From the NCBI GenBank assembly GCA_038322445.1, contig JBBQFW010000001.1:1-45859 (forward strand): a stretch of DNA of 45,859 nucleotides. The letters are read 5' to 3'. This document shows positions 1 through 10,335 of the stretch, one piece after another; position 1 is the stretch's first letter; each line of letters begins with the position of its first letter. Source of the DNA: Gemmatimonadales bacterium. Lineage in GTDB: Bacteria; Gemmatimonadota; Gemmatimonadetes; Gemmatimonadales; Gemmatimonadaceae. Made by a program: the position numbers and the translations under genes. The notes below the pieces were generated by a model. That model saw only the letters and a program-made list of their open reading frames with translations. It did no database searches and was not told the origin of the DNA.

Positions 1-3
1 TCG

Positions 4-1995
4 TCAGGCCGGACTCGGTTCCGGGCCGCCCAAAAGTGGCTTGCGCCGCGGCTCGATCACCGGTGTCGGGATGACCACCGGCGGGATCGGCGGAACGAGC
101 GGCACGCCGCTGGTCCGCGGTGGCAACGCTTCGCCACGCGCGATCATCTTGATGTCTTCCGCCGTCAACGTCTCACGCTCCAGCAGCGCACTCGCCAGCG
201 TGTGCAGGAGGTCGATGTTCTCCGCGATCACCGCCTTCGCGCGGTCGTATGCCTTCGTGATCACGCGCTTCACTTCGGCGTCCACGAGCTGCGCCGTCTG
301 CTCACTCACCTCGCGACGGCTCTGGATGTCGCGACCCAGGAAGACCTCCTGCTCGTTGTCGCCAACGAGGATCGGACCGATGGCATCCGAAAGCCCCCAC
401 TGCGTGACGTAGCGACGCGCAATGCTCGTCGCCTTCTGGATGTCACTCGAGGCGCCGGTGGTCACGCGATCGTAGCCGAACACCAGTTCTTCCGCTGTGC
501 GGCCACCATACGTCATCACGAGCAGCGCCTCGAGCTGCAGGCGCGTGATCGAGACACGGTCGTCTTCGGGCAGGGTAAACGCGAGACCAAGTGCACGGCC
601 ACGCGGAACGATCGTGACCTTATGGAGCGGATCATTGCCGACGACCTTCATCGCACAGAGCGCGTGACCGGCCTCGTGGTATGCCGTCAACCGCCGCTCC
701 TCGTCCTTCATCACCATCGACTTCCGCTCGGCGCCCAGCATGACCTTGTCCTTCGCGTCCTCGAGGTCGTCCATGTAGATCTTGTCGTGCCCGCGACGCA
801 CGGCCAGCAGCGCCGCTTCGTTCACGAGGTTCGCGAGATCGGCGCCAGCCATGCCCGGGGTGCCACGCGCAAGCGTCGTGATGTCGACGTCTTCTCCCAC
901 CGGCTTGTTGCGCAGGTGCACCTTGAGGATGCCCTCGCGACCGCGGAGATCCGGCGCATCGACGACGATCTGGCGATCGAAGCGGCCCGGGCGCAGGAGC
1001 GCCGGGTCGAGCACGTCGGGACGGTTCGTGGCCGCGATGAGAATGACGCCTTCGTTCGACTCGAAGCCGTCCATCTCGACGAGCAGCTGGTTTAACGTCT
1101 GCTCACGCTCGTCGTGTCCGCCGCCCAGGCCCGCGCCGCGATGGCGACCGACCGCATCGATCTCATCGATGAAGATGATGCAGGGCGCGTGTGCCTTGCC
1201 CTGCTCGAAGAGGTCGCGCACCCGGCTGGCGCCCACGCCAACGAACATCTCGACGAAATCGGAGCCCGACATGGAGAAGAACGGACGAGCTGCCTCGCCG
1301 GCGACCGCGCGCGCGAGCAGCGTCTTGCCCGTTCCAGGTGGTCCCACGAGCAAGCAGCCCTTTGGCAGGCGACCGCCGAGCTTCGTGTACTTCTGCGGGT
1401 CCTTCAGGAACTCGATGATCTCCTCGAGCTCCTGCTTCGCCTCATCGGCGCCCGCGACGTCCGCGAAGGTCACCTTCGGCGTGTCGCCCGTGAGCAGCTT
1501 CGCCTTCGACTTGCCGAACGAGAACGCCTTGTTGCCTCCCGCCTGCATCTGGCGGAAGAGGAACAGGTAGAACCCGATCAACAGCAGCCACGGCAGGAAG
1601 TTGATGACCCACGCCATGACACTCGGCTTGGGGTCCTGCGACGTGATCTGGACCCCCTTCGCCATCAGCAGGTCCACGTCAGCCGGCGAATTGGCCGCTG
1701 GGAGCTGCACGGTGAACTTCTTCGCGCTCTTGTTCTGGACGTTCCGCGGCTCCTTGAAGGTGCCCGTCACGTTCTTGCCACCCGACACCATCACCTCGGC
1801 GATGTTGCCGCTTTCGAGCTGCTGGCGGTAGAAGTCATAACGGATCTCCGGCGCCGATTCGGCGCGCTGGCCGCTCAACTGAATGAGCGCCACGGGGATC
1901 AGGATAATGAGGATCCAGAACGAGAGCGTCTTCGAGAAGCGCCCCCAGTTGAATCCGTTGTTGTTGCCGTTTTTCGGCGGTGTTGGCAAAGGCAT
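4..1995 (-). CDS. ftsH: ATP-dependent zinc metalloprotease FtsH
   Basis: 663-aa ORF with N-terminal TM helices, AAA+ Walker A GPPGTGKT, Walker B IIFIDEID and zinc site HEAGH. Last gene of the conserved tilS-hpt-ftsH order. Confidence 0.95.
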   Translation of the reverse strand: MPLPTPPKNGNNNGFNWGRFSKTLSFWILIILIPVALIQLSGQRAESAPEIRYDFYRQQLESGNIAEVMVSGGKNVTGTFKEPRNVQNKSAKKFTVQLPAANSPADVDLLMAKGVQITSQDPKPSVMAWVINFLPWLLLIGFYLFLFRQMQAGGNKAFSFGKSKAKLLTGDTPKVTFADVAGADEAKQELEEIIEFLKDPQKYTKLGGRLPKGCLLVGPPGTGKTLLARAVAGEAARPFFSMSGSDFVEMFVGVGASRVRDLFEQGKAHAPCIIFIDEIDAVGRHRGAGLGGGHDEREQTLNQLLVEMDGFESNEGVILIAATNRPDVLDPALLRPGRFDRQIVVDAPDLRGREGILKVHLRNKPVGEDVDITTLARGTPGMAGADLANLVNEAALLAVRRGHDKIYMDDLEDAKDKVMLGAERKSMVMKDEERRLTAYHEAGHALCAMKVVGNDPLHKVTIVPRGRALGLAFTLPEDDRVSITRLQLEALLVMTYGGRTAEELVFGYDRVTTGASSDIQKATSIARRYVTQWGLSDAIGPILVGDNEQEVFLGRDIQSRREVSEQTAQLVDAEVKRVITKAYDRAKAVIAENIDLLHTLASALLERETLTAEDIKMIARGEALPPRTSGVPLVPPIPPVVIPTPVIEPRRKPLLGGPEPSPA

Positions 1996-2595
1996 TTACA
2001 GCAAGCTCGCGATGTATGGCAGATGCCGGAAACTCTCGGCGTGATCCAACCCGTAACCGACCAGGAACTCGTGCGGTGCGTCGTACCCGATGAACTTCGT
2101 GTCGTGCTTCAGCTCTTCCGCAATATGCTTGTGGAGGAGGGCGCAGATCTCGAGTGAACGCGGTTTCCGTGCCTCGAGCAACCCCATGAGGCGGTTCAGC
2201 GTCCGCCCCGTGTCCACAATATCCTCGACCAGCAATATGTGCTTACCCTCGAGATTCGTTTCCGGATCATACACCAGACGGACATTTCCGCTCGATACCG
2301 TTCCCTCGCCATAGCTCGAGGCCACCAGGAAGTCGACATGCAGTGGCCGTTGAATCTGCCGCACGAGGTCGCTCAGGAAGATAAAGCTTCCCTTCAGGAG
2401 GCCGAGCACCAGCAGGTCCCCGTCCGGATACGCCGCCGTGATCTCCGCCCCCATCTCGGCAACGCGCGACGCAATCTGACTCGCGTCGTACACCACGCGG
2501 CGCACGGCGCGCCCTTCGAGCCGCGGGTCAGCGATCGCTTCGTTCACAGATATAGTGTCGCGCCGGTCTGCCGGACCGATCGGTTGCCGCGTCAC
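1996..2595 (-). CDS. hpt: hypoxanthine(-guanine) phosphoribosyltransferase
   Basis: 199-aa ORF with PRPP-binding loop ILLVEDIVDTGRTL. Its stop abuts the ftsH start. The true start may be an internal GTG (2547 or 2505), because the annotated ATG lies 68 nt inside tilS. Confidence 0.88.
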   Translation of the reverse strand: MTRQPIGPADRRDTISVNEAIADPRLEGRAVRRVVYDASQIASRVAEMGAEITAAYPDGDLLVLGLLKGSFIFLSDLVRQIQRPLHVDFLVASSYGEGTVSSGNVRLVYDPETNLEGKHILLVEDIVDTGRTLNRLMGLLEARKPRSLEICALLHKHIAEELKHDTKFIGYDAPHEFLVGYGLDHAESFRHLPYIASLL

Positions 2596-3877
2596 TGCGG
2601 CGCACGCCTGGAATCCACACGACCTCGTGTCCGGAAACCACCACGGGCCAACCCGCTCGGGCCGATCCCCTCAGACCCGCATCCGACAGGTAACGCTTCA
2701 CGCGTCGTGGCTGTTGTCCGTCGGCCGCCTCCAGGCGATCGCCCGCCGTCCACTCCCGCACCACGGCGTCCTGCCCCACCGAGATCGTCGCCCCCCACGG
2801 CGACTCCAGAGCCGGAGCGCGCACAACCCTGAAGCGGAATGCGCCCCACGCGATGCTCCCCGTTTCGGGAAGAGACGCCGCCGCCGGTTTCGTCGCCGAC
2901 GCCGCTAGCCGTCCTAGAATGTAAGTGTCGCGAGTGGCCTCCAGGCACCATCCTCCCGACAGCGGAATGCTGCCACTGCGGGGATGCAAGCTGGCAAATG
3001 ACGCAATTCGCCGAATTCCGCGCGCATCCAGTGCGAGACCGACGCGGCCGGCGAGCGCCGGCCAGAGTATGGCATGCGAATCCGCATCATAGTCCATCAG
3101 TTCCCTCGAGGCAACGACGAGCCGTCCCTCCCCAGTGCGTGTCGGCCGAAGTTCGCGATCCACGAACGACTCCACGTTGCGACGCAGCGAATCCGCCCGA
3201 CGGGCCAGCGAAAGGAGGTCCGCGTCGAACCCCGGCTGCACACGTCGAATGGCGGGCAGGAGATCGTGACGCACCCGGTTCCTGGCGTAGGTTCGCGTGG
3301 CGTTGCTCGGGTCGTTCACCCATGTGGCTCCCGCACGGTCGACGTACGCTGCAAGTGCAGCACGACGGATCCGGACGAATGGCCGCAGCACGGGTCCCCC
3401 TGCGTAGAGCCCTGAAAGACCGCGAGCGCCGCTGCCCCGCATGATGCGGAGGAGCACGGTTTCCACCTGATCGTCCTCGGTATGGGCCGTTGCGACGACC
3501 GCGTCGAACCGCGCCGCCGTCGCGTTGAGGAAGTCGTAGCGTGCCGCACGCCAGGCCGCCTCCCGACCGTCTGGGTAAGCCTCCTGCCCGGCGAGCGTCG
3601 CGGTCACGACAGGCAATCCCATGCCCGCTGCCGCCGACGACACGTGGCGCACCGCCGCCCGGCCGGCCGGACCGGTCCCATGATCGAAGGTTGCGACGGC
3701 CGCAATGCGCGACGGCGCCACCTCCGCCATCGCGCTGAGCAGCGCCATGCTGTCCAGGCCGCCGGAGACCGCGAGCACCAGCGGATGTGCAACCCGCTCG
3801 ACTGCCTCGCGCGTCGCCCGGATCACCGCGTCGGTCGGGTCCTCGTGCATGGCGCAATATAAGGAGAGCCCCTCCAT
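2528..3877 (-). CDS. tilS: tRNA(Ile)-lysidine synthase
   Basis: 449-aa ORF with PP-loop ATPase motif LAVSGGLDSMALL, and the expected position upstream of hpt-ftsH. Alternative start M10 at 3850. Confidence 0.85.
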   Translation of the reverse strand: MEGLSLYCAMHEDPTDAVIRATREAVERVAHPLVLAVSGGLDSMALLSAMAEVAPSRIAAVATFDHGTGPAGRAAVRHVSSAAAGMGLPVVTATLAGQEAYPDGREAAWRAARYDFLNATAARFDAVVATAHTEDDQVETVLLRIMRGSGARGLSGLYAGGPVLRPFVRIRRAALAAYVDRAGATWVNDPSNATRTYARNRVRHDLLPAIRRVQPGFDADLLSLARRADSLRRNVESFVDRELRPTRTGEGRLVVASRELMDYDADSHAILWPALAGRVGLALDARGIRRIASFASLHPRSGSIPLSGGWCLEATRDTYILGRLAASATKPAAASLPETGSIAWGAFRFRVVRAPALESPWGATISVGQDAVVREWTAGDRLEAADGQQPRRVKRYLSDAGLRGSARAGWPVVVSGHEVVWIPGVRRSDAATDRSGRPARHYICERSDR

Positions 3878-4146
3878 CGATCGCTTCCATGTCGAGGGAG
3901 TTATCCCTCTGGTTGCACCTGCCCCCCCACACTATCTTCACCGCGTCACCACGGCATTTCATTGGCTCAGGAGCATTCTCTTGGAAACTCACGGTCCGCT
4001 GGGCACGCTCTGGGTGGGGCTCGGCCTCTGCTGCTTTTACATCGCACTGGTGTGGATCAACACGCTGCTCGGTGTGGTGCTGACGCCGCTGTTCATCGTT
4101 CCGCTGACATGGCTCCAGGATCGAGTGCGCGGGAAGGCCCCCGCGC

Positions 4147-7095
4147 GTGGCTGACCGACGTCCTCGCGGTCTGGCACGACGAGGACGAGCACCAGTGCTG
4201 CGGCGCGCCCTGATCCTCTGCGCCGGACTCCTGGCTGGTACGGCCGCCGAAGCACAGACGGTACGGCCTGCACTCGACTGGTACACGGTAGATACCGAGA
4301 ACTTCACCTTCCATTTCCCCGAGCAGTACCGGGCGTGGACGCTGGCGGTCGCCGCCCGCATGGAAGGCATTCGAACGCAGGTCGGTCAGGTGGTGGGCTA
4401 CCTGCCGCCCAAGCGCGTGCACATCGTCGTGGACGACCCGGCCAACGATCCCAACGGCACGGCACTCACCACCCTCGATGCGCCGACCATTGTCCTCTAC
4501 CCCACGCCTCCCGATCCACGAGAGGAAATAGGAAATTTTCGGGTCTGGGGGGAACTACTCGCGACCCACGAATTCGCCCATGTCGCGCACCTCAATCGCC
4601 CCTCGCGCAATCGACTGAGGAATCTCTACCTCTCGCTTTCGCCCGTCCCCCTCGGACCCATTCCGGTGGACGCGCCGCGCTGGGCGCTTGAAGGCTACGC
4701 GACCTATGTCGAGGGCAAGGTCACCGGCACCGGCCGACCAAACCACGCGTGGCGAGCAGCCGTGCTGCGCCAGTTCGCACTGGAAGGACGCCTGCCCTCC
4801 TATGGACAGCTGAGCGCAACCGGCCCGTGGCAGACCGGCAATTTTGCGTATCTCGCGGGCTCCGCGTTCCTCGAGTGGCTCGCCCGCCGTGAGGGCGATT
4901 CGAGCCTCACGGCGGTCTGGCGCCGCATGACGGCGAAGACGGTGCGTTCCTTCGATGAAGCCTTCGTCGGCGTCTATGGCGACAGCCCCGCAGCGCTCTA
5001 CGGGCGATTCGCCGCCGAGCTTACCGCTGGCGCTCTCGCATTTGAGCGCGCCCTGGGCGGGGATCTGGCGGTCAAAGGGACGCTCGTGCAACGCCTCGTT
5101 CGTGAAACTGGCGACCCCGCCATCTCGCCCGACGGACACTATGTCGCGCTCACCCAGCGCCACACGGATGCGCCGAGCGCGCTGGTGGTCTGGAAAACGG
5201 CCGATGAGCCTGATACGTCGGCCGCCTCTCGACGCGCGCGCGAACTCGCCCGCGACCCGGAGGACGTTCCGGCACGGGCCTTCTACCCCCCGCCCAGGCA
5301 CGACGTCATTTCGCTGATGTCGAGCGACGGCGCACCCTACGAGTCGCCGCGCTGGATGCCCGACAACAAGCACCTCCTCGTCACCCGACTCATGCCGTTG
5401 TCGGATGGCGCCCTGCGCCCTGACATCTTCCTGTGGAGCGCGGAAGACGGAAGCCTCCGTCGGCTCACCGTCGGGGCCGCGCTTCGCAATCCCGACCCGT
5501 CGTCCGACGGACGGTGGGCCGCCGCCGTACGGTGCGATCACGGCTGGTGCGACCTCGTACGCGTCGACCTCGGCACGGGACTCGTCACGGTGCTCGTTCC
5601 GGGGAGTGAAACGCGCAACTACTACCGGCCACGCGTCTCTCGCCGTACAGGCGAGATCGTCGTGTCCGAACAGTCGGGCGATCGCTGGCGCGTGGCGGTC
5701 GTGTCCCCTGAATCCGGAGCACTGCGCTACATCGACCCGTCAGATGGCGCCACGCGATATGATGCCGTGTTCGACACGGATGGCCGCACCGTCATCGCGA
5801 CGTCCGAGGCACGCGGCATTGCGAATCTCGAACGTCTCGATCGCACCGATGGGCCGGCGATTCCACTCACCTCGGTCACCGGCGCGGCCGTGGCCCCCGA
5901 TGTCTCCCCCGACGGAAGCATCTGGTTTCTCTCGCTCCAGGCGAGCGGCTACGACCTCCGGCGTCTCGAGAGCGATAGTGCCTCGACGGCGCGGGCGGCC
6001 CACGCAACCACGGCGATGCGAGCAGGACAGTTCGATTCCCTCTCGGCGGCATTTCCGCCTCGCGCCACGCGTGCTCCGGAGGACTCGACGCTCCGCCCGC
6101 GCCCCGGCATGGTGGGTGAGGTACAGCCCTACGGCCTTGGCCCATCGCGCTTTCGGTACTTCCCAGCCCTCACGACGGGTTACGGCGGCTCCTCCGTTCT
6201 CCTGTCGGTCCTGCGAACGGATCCCGTGGGGCGGCTGGGTGTGGTGGCACTCGGAGCATTCGGCGCTGGTGCACTCCCCGCCGGAGCGTCGCTCAACGCC
6301 GTGTTCCGCGGGGAACGCACCGAGCGGTGGCTCAGCCTGTGGACCTCGCATGAGTCGCCGTCCGCCCTGTTCACGCAAGCAGCCAGGGAAGGCCTGAACC
6401 TCACGCGAAGCGGCGGCGCGCTCCGACTGCAGCGTCTCGACGTAGGCGACGGTGGCGAAATGTTGACGAGCGGAGCGGTGCTCGCCGAGCGCCAGTATTC
6501 GGACGCGTTCAACTCTGTGACGCGTGGGGCCGTGATCGCCGGCTTCTCGCTGGTGCGCCGACAGCGCGACGAAGACACGCGCTACGTCGAGCAACTATCC
6601 GCGATCGGCGAAACGGGACTCGATGGCGGTGTTCATTACCTGCGACAGCGGACGACACTCGGATTCGGAGCCGGTGGAACGCTCCGTCCCCTCACCACTC
6701 TCCGTGTTTCATACGGCTCGCTCGGCGGCGGCGGCGATCGTGAGCTGGAGCGGTTCGTGATCGGGGGATTTCAATCGCCGTTGATTGATCCGCTCTATGA
6801 CGGACGGCGCGTCGATGCGCCCGCTTATCCGCTCGGAAGCGCGGACGGAAATGCGTTCGCTTCGTTTCGTGTGATGATGCCCATCCCGCCATTCGAGCTG
6901 TTTTATAGCGGAGCAAGCACCGACCTGTTTCATCGGTCATTCAGGAGCTATGGCCTTGAACTTCGTGAACGCGTAGGCAGCGTGCCGGCGCTCGGTACGC
7001 CGGACCTCGACGTCCTTGCCGGCTTCGCGCGCGCCGTCGACGCGCCCGTCGCGCGCGAATGGCGCTACTACCTGTCGTTCGCGATTCGCCCGTAG
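4147..7095 (+). CDS. large secreted multidomain protein: Peptidase_MA-like HExxH domain, PD40/TolB-like beta-propeller repeats, and a Gly-rich C-terminal region (possible beta-barrel)
   Basis: 982-aa ORF. Signal-like LRRALILCAGLLAGTAAEAQ (alternative GTG start 4195). HEFAHVAH followed by WALEGYATYVE (gluzincin-type third ligand). Repeated xSPDGxxxA/F motifs (ISPDGHYVAL, WMPDNKHLLV, PSSDGRWAAA, VSPDGSIWFL). The last ~350 aa are Gly/Ser/Leu-rich with alternating patterns. Confidence 0.6.
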   Translation: MADRRPRGLARRGRAPVLRRALILCAGLLAGTAAEAQTVRPALDWYTVDTENFTFHFPEQYRAWTLAVAARMEGIRTQVGQVVGYLPPKRVHIVVDDPANDPNGTALTTLDAPTIVLYPTPPDPREEIGNFRVWGELLATHEFAHVAHLNRPSRNRLRNLYLSLSPVPLGPIPVDAPRWALEGYATYVEGKVTGTGRPNHAWRAAVLRQFALEGRLPSYGQLSATGPWQTGNFAYLAGSAFLEWLARREGDSSLTAVWRRMTAKTVRSFDEAFVGVYGDSPAALYGRFAAELTAGALAFERALGGDLAVKGTLVQRLVRETGDPAISPDGHYVALTQRHTDAPSALVVWKTADEPDTSAASRRARELARDPEDVPARAFYPPPRHDVISLMSSDGAPYESPRWMPDNKHLLVTRLMPLSDGALRPDIFLWSAEDGSLRRLTVGAALRNPDPSSDGRWAAAVRCDHGWCDLVRVDLGTGLVTVLVPGSETRNYYRPRVSRRTGEIVVSEQSGDRWRVAVVSPESGALRYIDPSDGATRYDAVFDTDGRTVIATSEARGIANLERLDRTDGPAIPLTSVTGAAVAPDVSPDGSIWFLSLQASGYDLRRLESDSASTARAAHATTAMRAGQFDSLSAAFPPRATRAPEDSTLRPRPGMVGEVQPYGLGPSRFRYFPALTTGYGGSSVLLSVLRTDPVGRLGVVALGAFGAGALPAGASLNAVFRGERTERWLSLWTSHESPSALFTQAAREGLNLTRSGGALRLQRLDVGDGGEMLTSGAVLAERQYSDAFNSVTRGAVIAGFSLVRRQRDEDTRYVEQLSAIGETGLDGGVHYLRQRTTLGFGAGGTLRPLTTLRVSYGSLGGGGDRELERFVIGGFQSPLIDPLYDGRRVDAPAYPLGSADGNAFASFRVMMPIPPFELFYSGASTDLFHRSFRSYGLELRERVGSVPALGTPDLDVLAGFARAVDAPVAREWRYYLSFAIRP

Positions 7096-7111
7096 CCCCG
7101 CAGGCATTCGC

Positions 7112-8689
7112 TCAATCGAGCAGGCGCACCCCGGGCAGCGTGAAGAATTCCTCGAAATCCTCGAGCACGAGCACGTCGAGCAGGGCAGCCGCCTCTTCGA
7201 GCCGGCTGCCAGGGGCTCCGTCCGCCTTCAATCGCTCGAGCTCCGCCGTCCGGACGGCGAGGTAGTACTCCCGCGTCATCGCGCCGCCAGCGTCGATCAC
7301 CGCGCCATGGCGAATCCATTGCCAGAGCTGCATACGCGAGATCTCCGCAGTTGCCGCGTCTTCCATCAGGTTGTGAATGGCCACGGCGCCGATGCCGCGC
7401 AGCCACGCTTCGAGGTAGAGTAGCGCGACTTCCACGTTCATCCGCACTCCCTCGGCGGTCACGGCGCCACCCGGAATCTCGGCGTCGATCAACCGGCTTG
7501 CCTCGATGTCCACTTCCGCGACCGCCCGATCCTTCTGATGCGGTCTGTCGCCGAGGACCGCATCGAATGCGCTCAGGGCGACTGGCACCAGGTCTGGATG
7601 CGCGACCCAGGTGCCGTCAAAGCCGAGTGCGCTCTCCCGTTCCTTGTCCTCGCGCACCCTGGCGAGGGCGATCGCATTGACTGCCGAGTCGCGGCGGTTG
7701 GGAATGAAGGCCGCCATTCCGCCGATCGCGTGCGCTCCTCGACGGTGGCACACCTGCACCAGTCGCTCCGCGTACGCGCGCATGAAGGGAACAGACATCG
7801 TGAGCTGCACGCGATCGGGGAGCACCTTGTCGGCACGGGCGCGAAACGTCTTGATGAAGCTGAACAGGTAGTCCCACCGCCCTGCGTTCAGCCCGGCCGC
7901 ATGCTCCCGCAGCTCATGAAGGATCTCCTCCATCTCGAAGGCCGCCGGCAGGGTCTCGATGAGCACCGTGGCGCGAATGGAGCCGGCCGGCACTTCGAGG
8001 GCGTGCTGCGCCGCAACGAACACATCGTTCCACAGCCGCGCTTCCTCGTGCCCCTCCATCTTGGGCAGGTAGAAGTACGGCCCGGAGCCGCGTGACAGGA
8101 GCTCCCGCGCGTTGTGATAGAAGTACAACCCGAAGTCGACGAGGCTGGCCGAAGCGGGCTCGCCGTCGATCAGCAGGTGGCGCTCCTGCATGTGCCACCC
8201 GCGCGGACGCACGACCAGAGTCGCGCGAGTGGCGCCGAGCCGGTACGACTTGTCCGCAGTGTCGAGGGCGAGCGTGCCCCTAACGGCTTCGCGAAGACAC
8301 TGCTGCCCTTCCACGAGATTCTGCCAGGTGGGCGAACACGAGTCCTCGAGGTCGGCCATGAAGACCTTCGCGCCCGAGTTGAGCGCATTGATCATCATCT
8401 TCCGCTCCGCAGGGCCGGTGATCTCCGTCCGGCGATCGCTCAGGTCCGATGGTGCCGTCGCCACCACCCATTCCCCGCGACGCATGGCCGAGGTGTCCTC
8501 GCGGTAGTCGATCGGCGATCCGACCTCCGCTGAGTCGATCCGCGCTCGACGTGCGGGGCGGAGTGCGAGGACACCCTGACGCCTCGATTCGAACTGTCGG
8601 TGCAGCGCGGCCACAAACGCGAGCGCGTCCGCGGAAAGGATCTCCGACGCGTGCGCGACGTGGGGTCCAACGACATGAACATCGGACAC
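7112..8689 (-). CDS. aceB: malate synthase A
   Basis: 525-aa ORF matching the malate synthase signature region [17 protein letters not shown], plus [17 protein letters not shown]. Convergent with the preceding gene (16-nt gap). Confidence 0.88.
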   Translation of the reverse strand: MSDVHVVGPHVAHASEILSADALAFVAALHRQFESRRQGVLALRPARRARIDSAEVGSPIDYREDTSAMRRGEWVVATAPSDLSDRRTEITGPAERKMMINALNSGAKVFMADLEDSCSPTWQNLVEGQQCLREAVRGTLALDTADKSYRLGATRATLVVRPRGWHMQERHLLIDGEPASASLVDFGLYFYHNARELLSRGSGPYFYLPKMEGHEEARLWNDVFVAAQHALEVPAGSIRATVLIETLPAAFEMEEILHELREHAAGLNAGRWDYLFSFIKTFRARADKVLPDRVQLTMSVPFMRAYAERLVQVCHRRGAHAIGGMAAFIPNRRDSAVNAIALARVREDKERESALGFDGTWVAHPDLVPVALSAFDAVLGDRPHQKDRAVAEVDIEASRLIDAEIPGGAVTAEGVRMNVEVALLYLEAWLRGIGAVAIHNLMEDAATAEISRMQLWQWIRHGAVIDAGGAMTREYYLAVRTAELERLKADGAPGSRLEEAAALLDVLVLEDFEEFFTLPGVRLLD

Positions 8690-8929
8690 GTTTGATTTCC
8701 TGGTCGGGTCGTGAAGGTGGTCGCCGGCGCGCCGGTCTCGATCGGGCGGCGCTGGCGTGTTTGCACATCATAGTGATTTTGCGTCGACTAGAGACAAATC
8801 GATGGCTCCGACCCTATTATTATGGCCTCGGATGTGAGCGGCAGGACCGCCCCTTCCACTTGCCCTGCTGCCGTTCAGCAATTCGATCGCGCGGACTCCC
8901 TCTTCCGCGCGCCCTTCAGGAGGAAACAG

Positions 8930-10315
8930 ATGACGCTCCAAAGTGCCTCACGGTACTCCTTGGCGCTCGCGCTGCTCGCCATGCCGGCCGCAGCAAGTGC
9001 TCAGGCATTCGGACTCAATGAAATCGGGTCGTGCGCGCTGGCCCGCGGCTTTGCCGTTACCGGGGCCGTATGCGACGACGCCTCGACGATCTACTGGAAC
9101 CCCGCGGCGATGCCGTCGAAGAACGGCTTCTCGTTCTACGGAGGCGCCGCCATCATCAAGCTCAATGGCAGCTTCACCCGTGACACGAGCTTCCGTCGCT
9201 ACGAGGCTCAGGCGCCCACGGCTACGGTGCCGCACATCTTTGCGAACTATCGTACGGGGAAGATGGCTCTTGGGCTCGGCGTCTATGTGCCGTACGGCCT
9301 GACGTCCGAGTGGGGCGATGACTTCCCGGGCCGCTTCTCGGCCCGGCGGGCATCGCTGCAGACGGTCTATGTCCAACCAAACCTGTCCTATCAGCTCACG
9401 GACAACTGGTCCATTGGCGGTGGTCCGGTCATCGGGCATTCTTCCGTGGAGCTCGTGCAGGGCATAGACCTGTCCGGTCTGCCCACGAGCGCGAGTGGCC
9501 CCACCTTCGGGCAGCTCGGCATCCCGAAGTACACGGAGTTCGCCCGCGTCAGCCTCAAGGGCTCGTCGATGGCGTACGGCTTCAACGTTGGCGTGCACGG
9601 TCGGTTCAACAAGGACTGGCAGATGGGCATCCGCGCCCTCTCGCAGGTCTCGTTCGCATATAACGATGCGGACGCGGTCTTCACCCCGGTGCTGACGAAC
9701 CTCTCCCTCGCGGCGGGCAACCCGTTTGGCGTACCTGCCGGCACGCCGGTGGACGCGCTCGTGGCATCGCAGTTCACCACCGGCGCGCTGGTCAATCAGA
9801 AGGTCAATACGAACATCCAGCATCCGGCCCAGATCCAGGTCGGCCTCGGCTATACGGGCATGGCCAACACGACGCTGAGCGTGGACTACGCCTATGTCGG
9901 CTGGAAGTCGTTCCGTCAGCTCCCGGTTACTTTCCAGGGTCCGGCTCCTAGCAAAGTCCTCCAGGAGGACTACAACAACACGTCCTCCATTCGCCTGGGT
10001 GCCGAGCATCGGTACTTGAGCGGTGCGGCGCTCCGCGCCGGTTTCGCGGCCGCCGCGTCGGCCGCGCCACCCGTGACGGTCACTCCGCTCCTGCCTGAAA
10101 TGGACCGGGCACTGGGCATGATCGGTGGCGCGCTGCCCCTCGCGGGCGGCTTCGCCCTCGACGCGACCTACTCCCACATCTTCACGAACGGATCGCGCGG
10201 TCGCATTGACGAGCGCGCGGCCGGATCGACCACCGCCCAGGCACTCGCTCTCTCGAGCGGTGCCTACACGCTGAGCGCGAATATCGCGTCGTTCAGCCTC
10301 AAGTACGCTTTCTAA
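8930..10315 (+). CDS. outer-membrane transport protein, FadL/TodX (OMPP1) family
   Basis: The ORF track starts at 8822. I prefer ATG 8930, preceded by AGGAGGA, which gives the signal peptide MTLQSASRYSLALALLAMPAAASAQA. FadL-like N-terminus FGLNEIGSCALARGFA...IYWNPAAM. C-terminal aromatic residue (..SLKYAF). Confidence 0.75.
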   Translation: MTLQSASRYSLALALLAMPAAASAQAFGLNEIGSCALARGFAVTGAVCDDASTIYWNPAAMPSKNGFSFYGGAAIIKLNGSFTRDTSFRRYEAQAPTATVPHIFANYRTGKMALGLGVYVPYGLTSEWGDDFPGRFSARRASLQTVYVQPNLSYQLTDNWSIGGGPVIGHSSVELVQGIDLSGLPTSASGPTFGQLGIPKYTEFARVSLKGSSMAYGFNVGVHGRFNKDWQMGIRALSQVSFAYNDADAVFTPVLTNLSLAAGNPFGVPAGTPVDALVASQFTTGALVNQKVNTNIQHPAQIQVGLGYTGMANTTLSVDYAYVGWKSFRQLPVTFQGPAPSKVLQEDYNNTSSIRLGAEHRYLSGAALRAGFAAAASAAPPVTVTPLLPEMDRALGMIGGALPLAGGFALDATYSHIFTNGSRGRIDERAAGSTTAQALALSSGAYTLSANIASFSLKYAF

Positions 10316-10335
10316 CCCAGCCCGGAGACAGCAGG

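Noticed and set aside
202-2157. Long plus-strand ORFs (297, 262, 347 aa) antisense to ftsH and hpt
   Set aside because: They are Arg/Ala/Pro-rich, low-complexity translations opposite genes with unambiguous motifs. These are typical shadow ORFs of high-GC DNA. The same applies to most long overlapping ORFs in the track, for example 13088..13858, 25904..27301, 31048..32235, 36147..37406, 37346..38767 and 43188..44531.
3087-4370. 427-aa minus-strand ORF spanning tilS and the tilS/peptidase intergenic region
   Set aside because: Extremely Arg/Gly/Ala-rich with no motifs. It overlaps the PP-loop-containing tilS frame and crosses a divergent promoter region.
8690-8929. Sigma-70 promoter in the aceB/FadL divergent region (GAGACA-18 nt-TATTAT around 8788-8818)
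   Set aside because: The match is weak (4 of 6 in the -35 element, non-optimal spacing), and promoter consensus for this lineage is unknown to me. It is not reportable as a feature.
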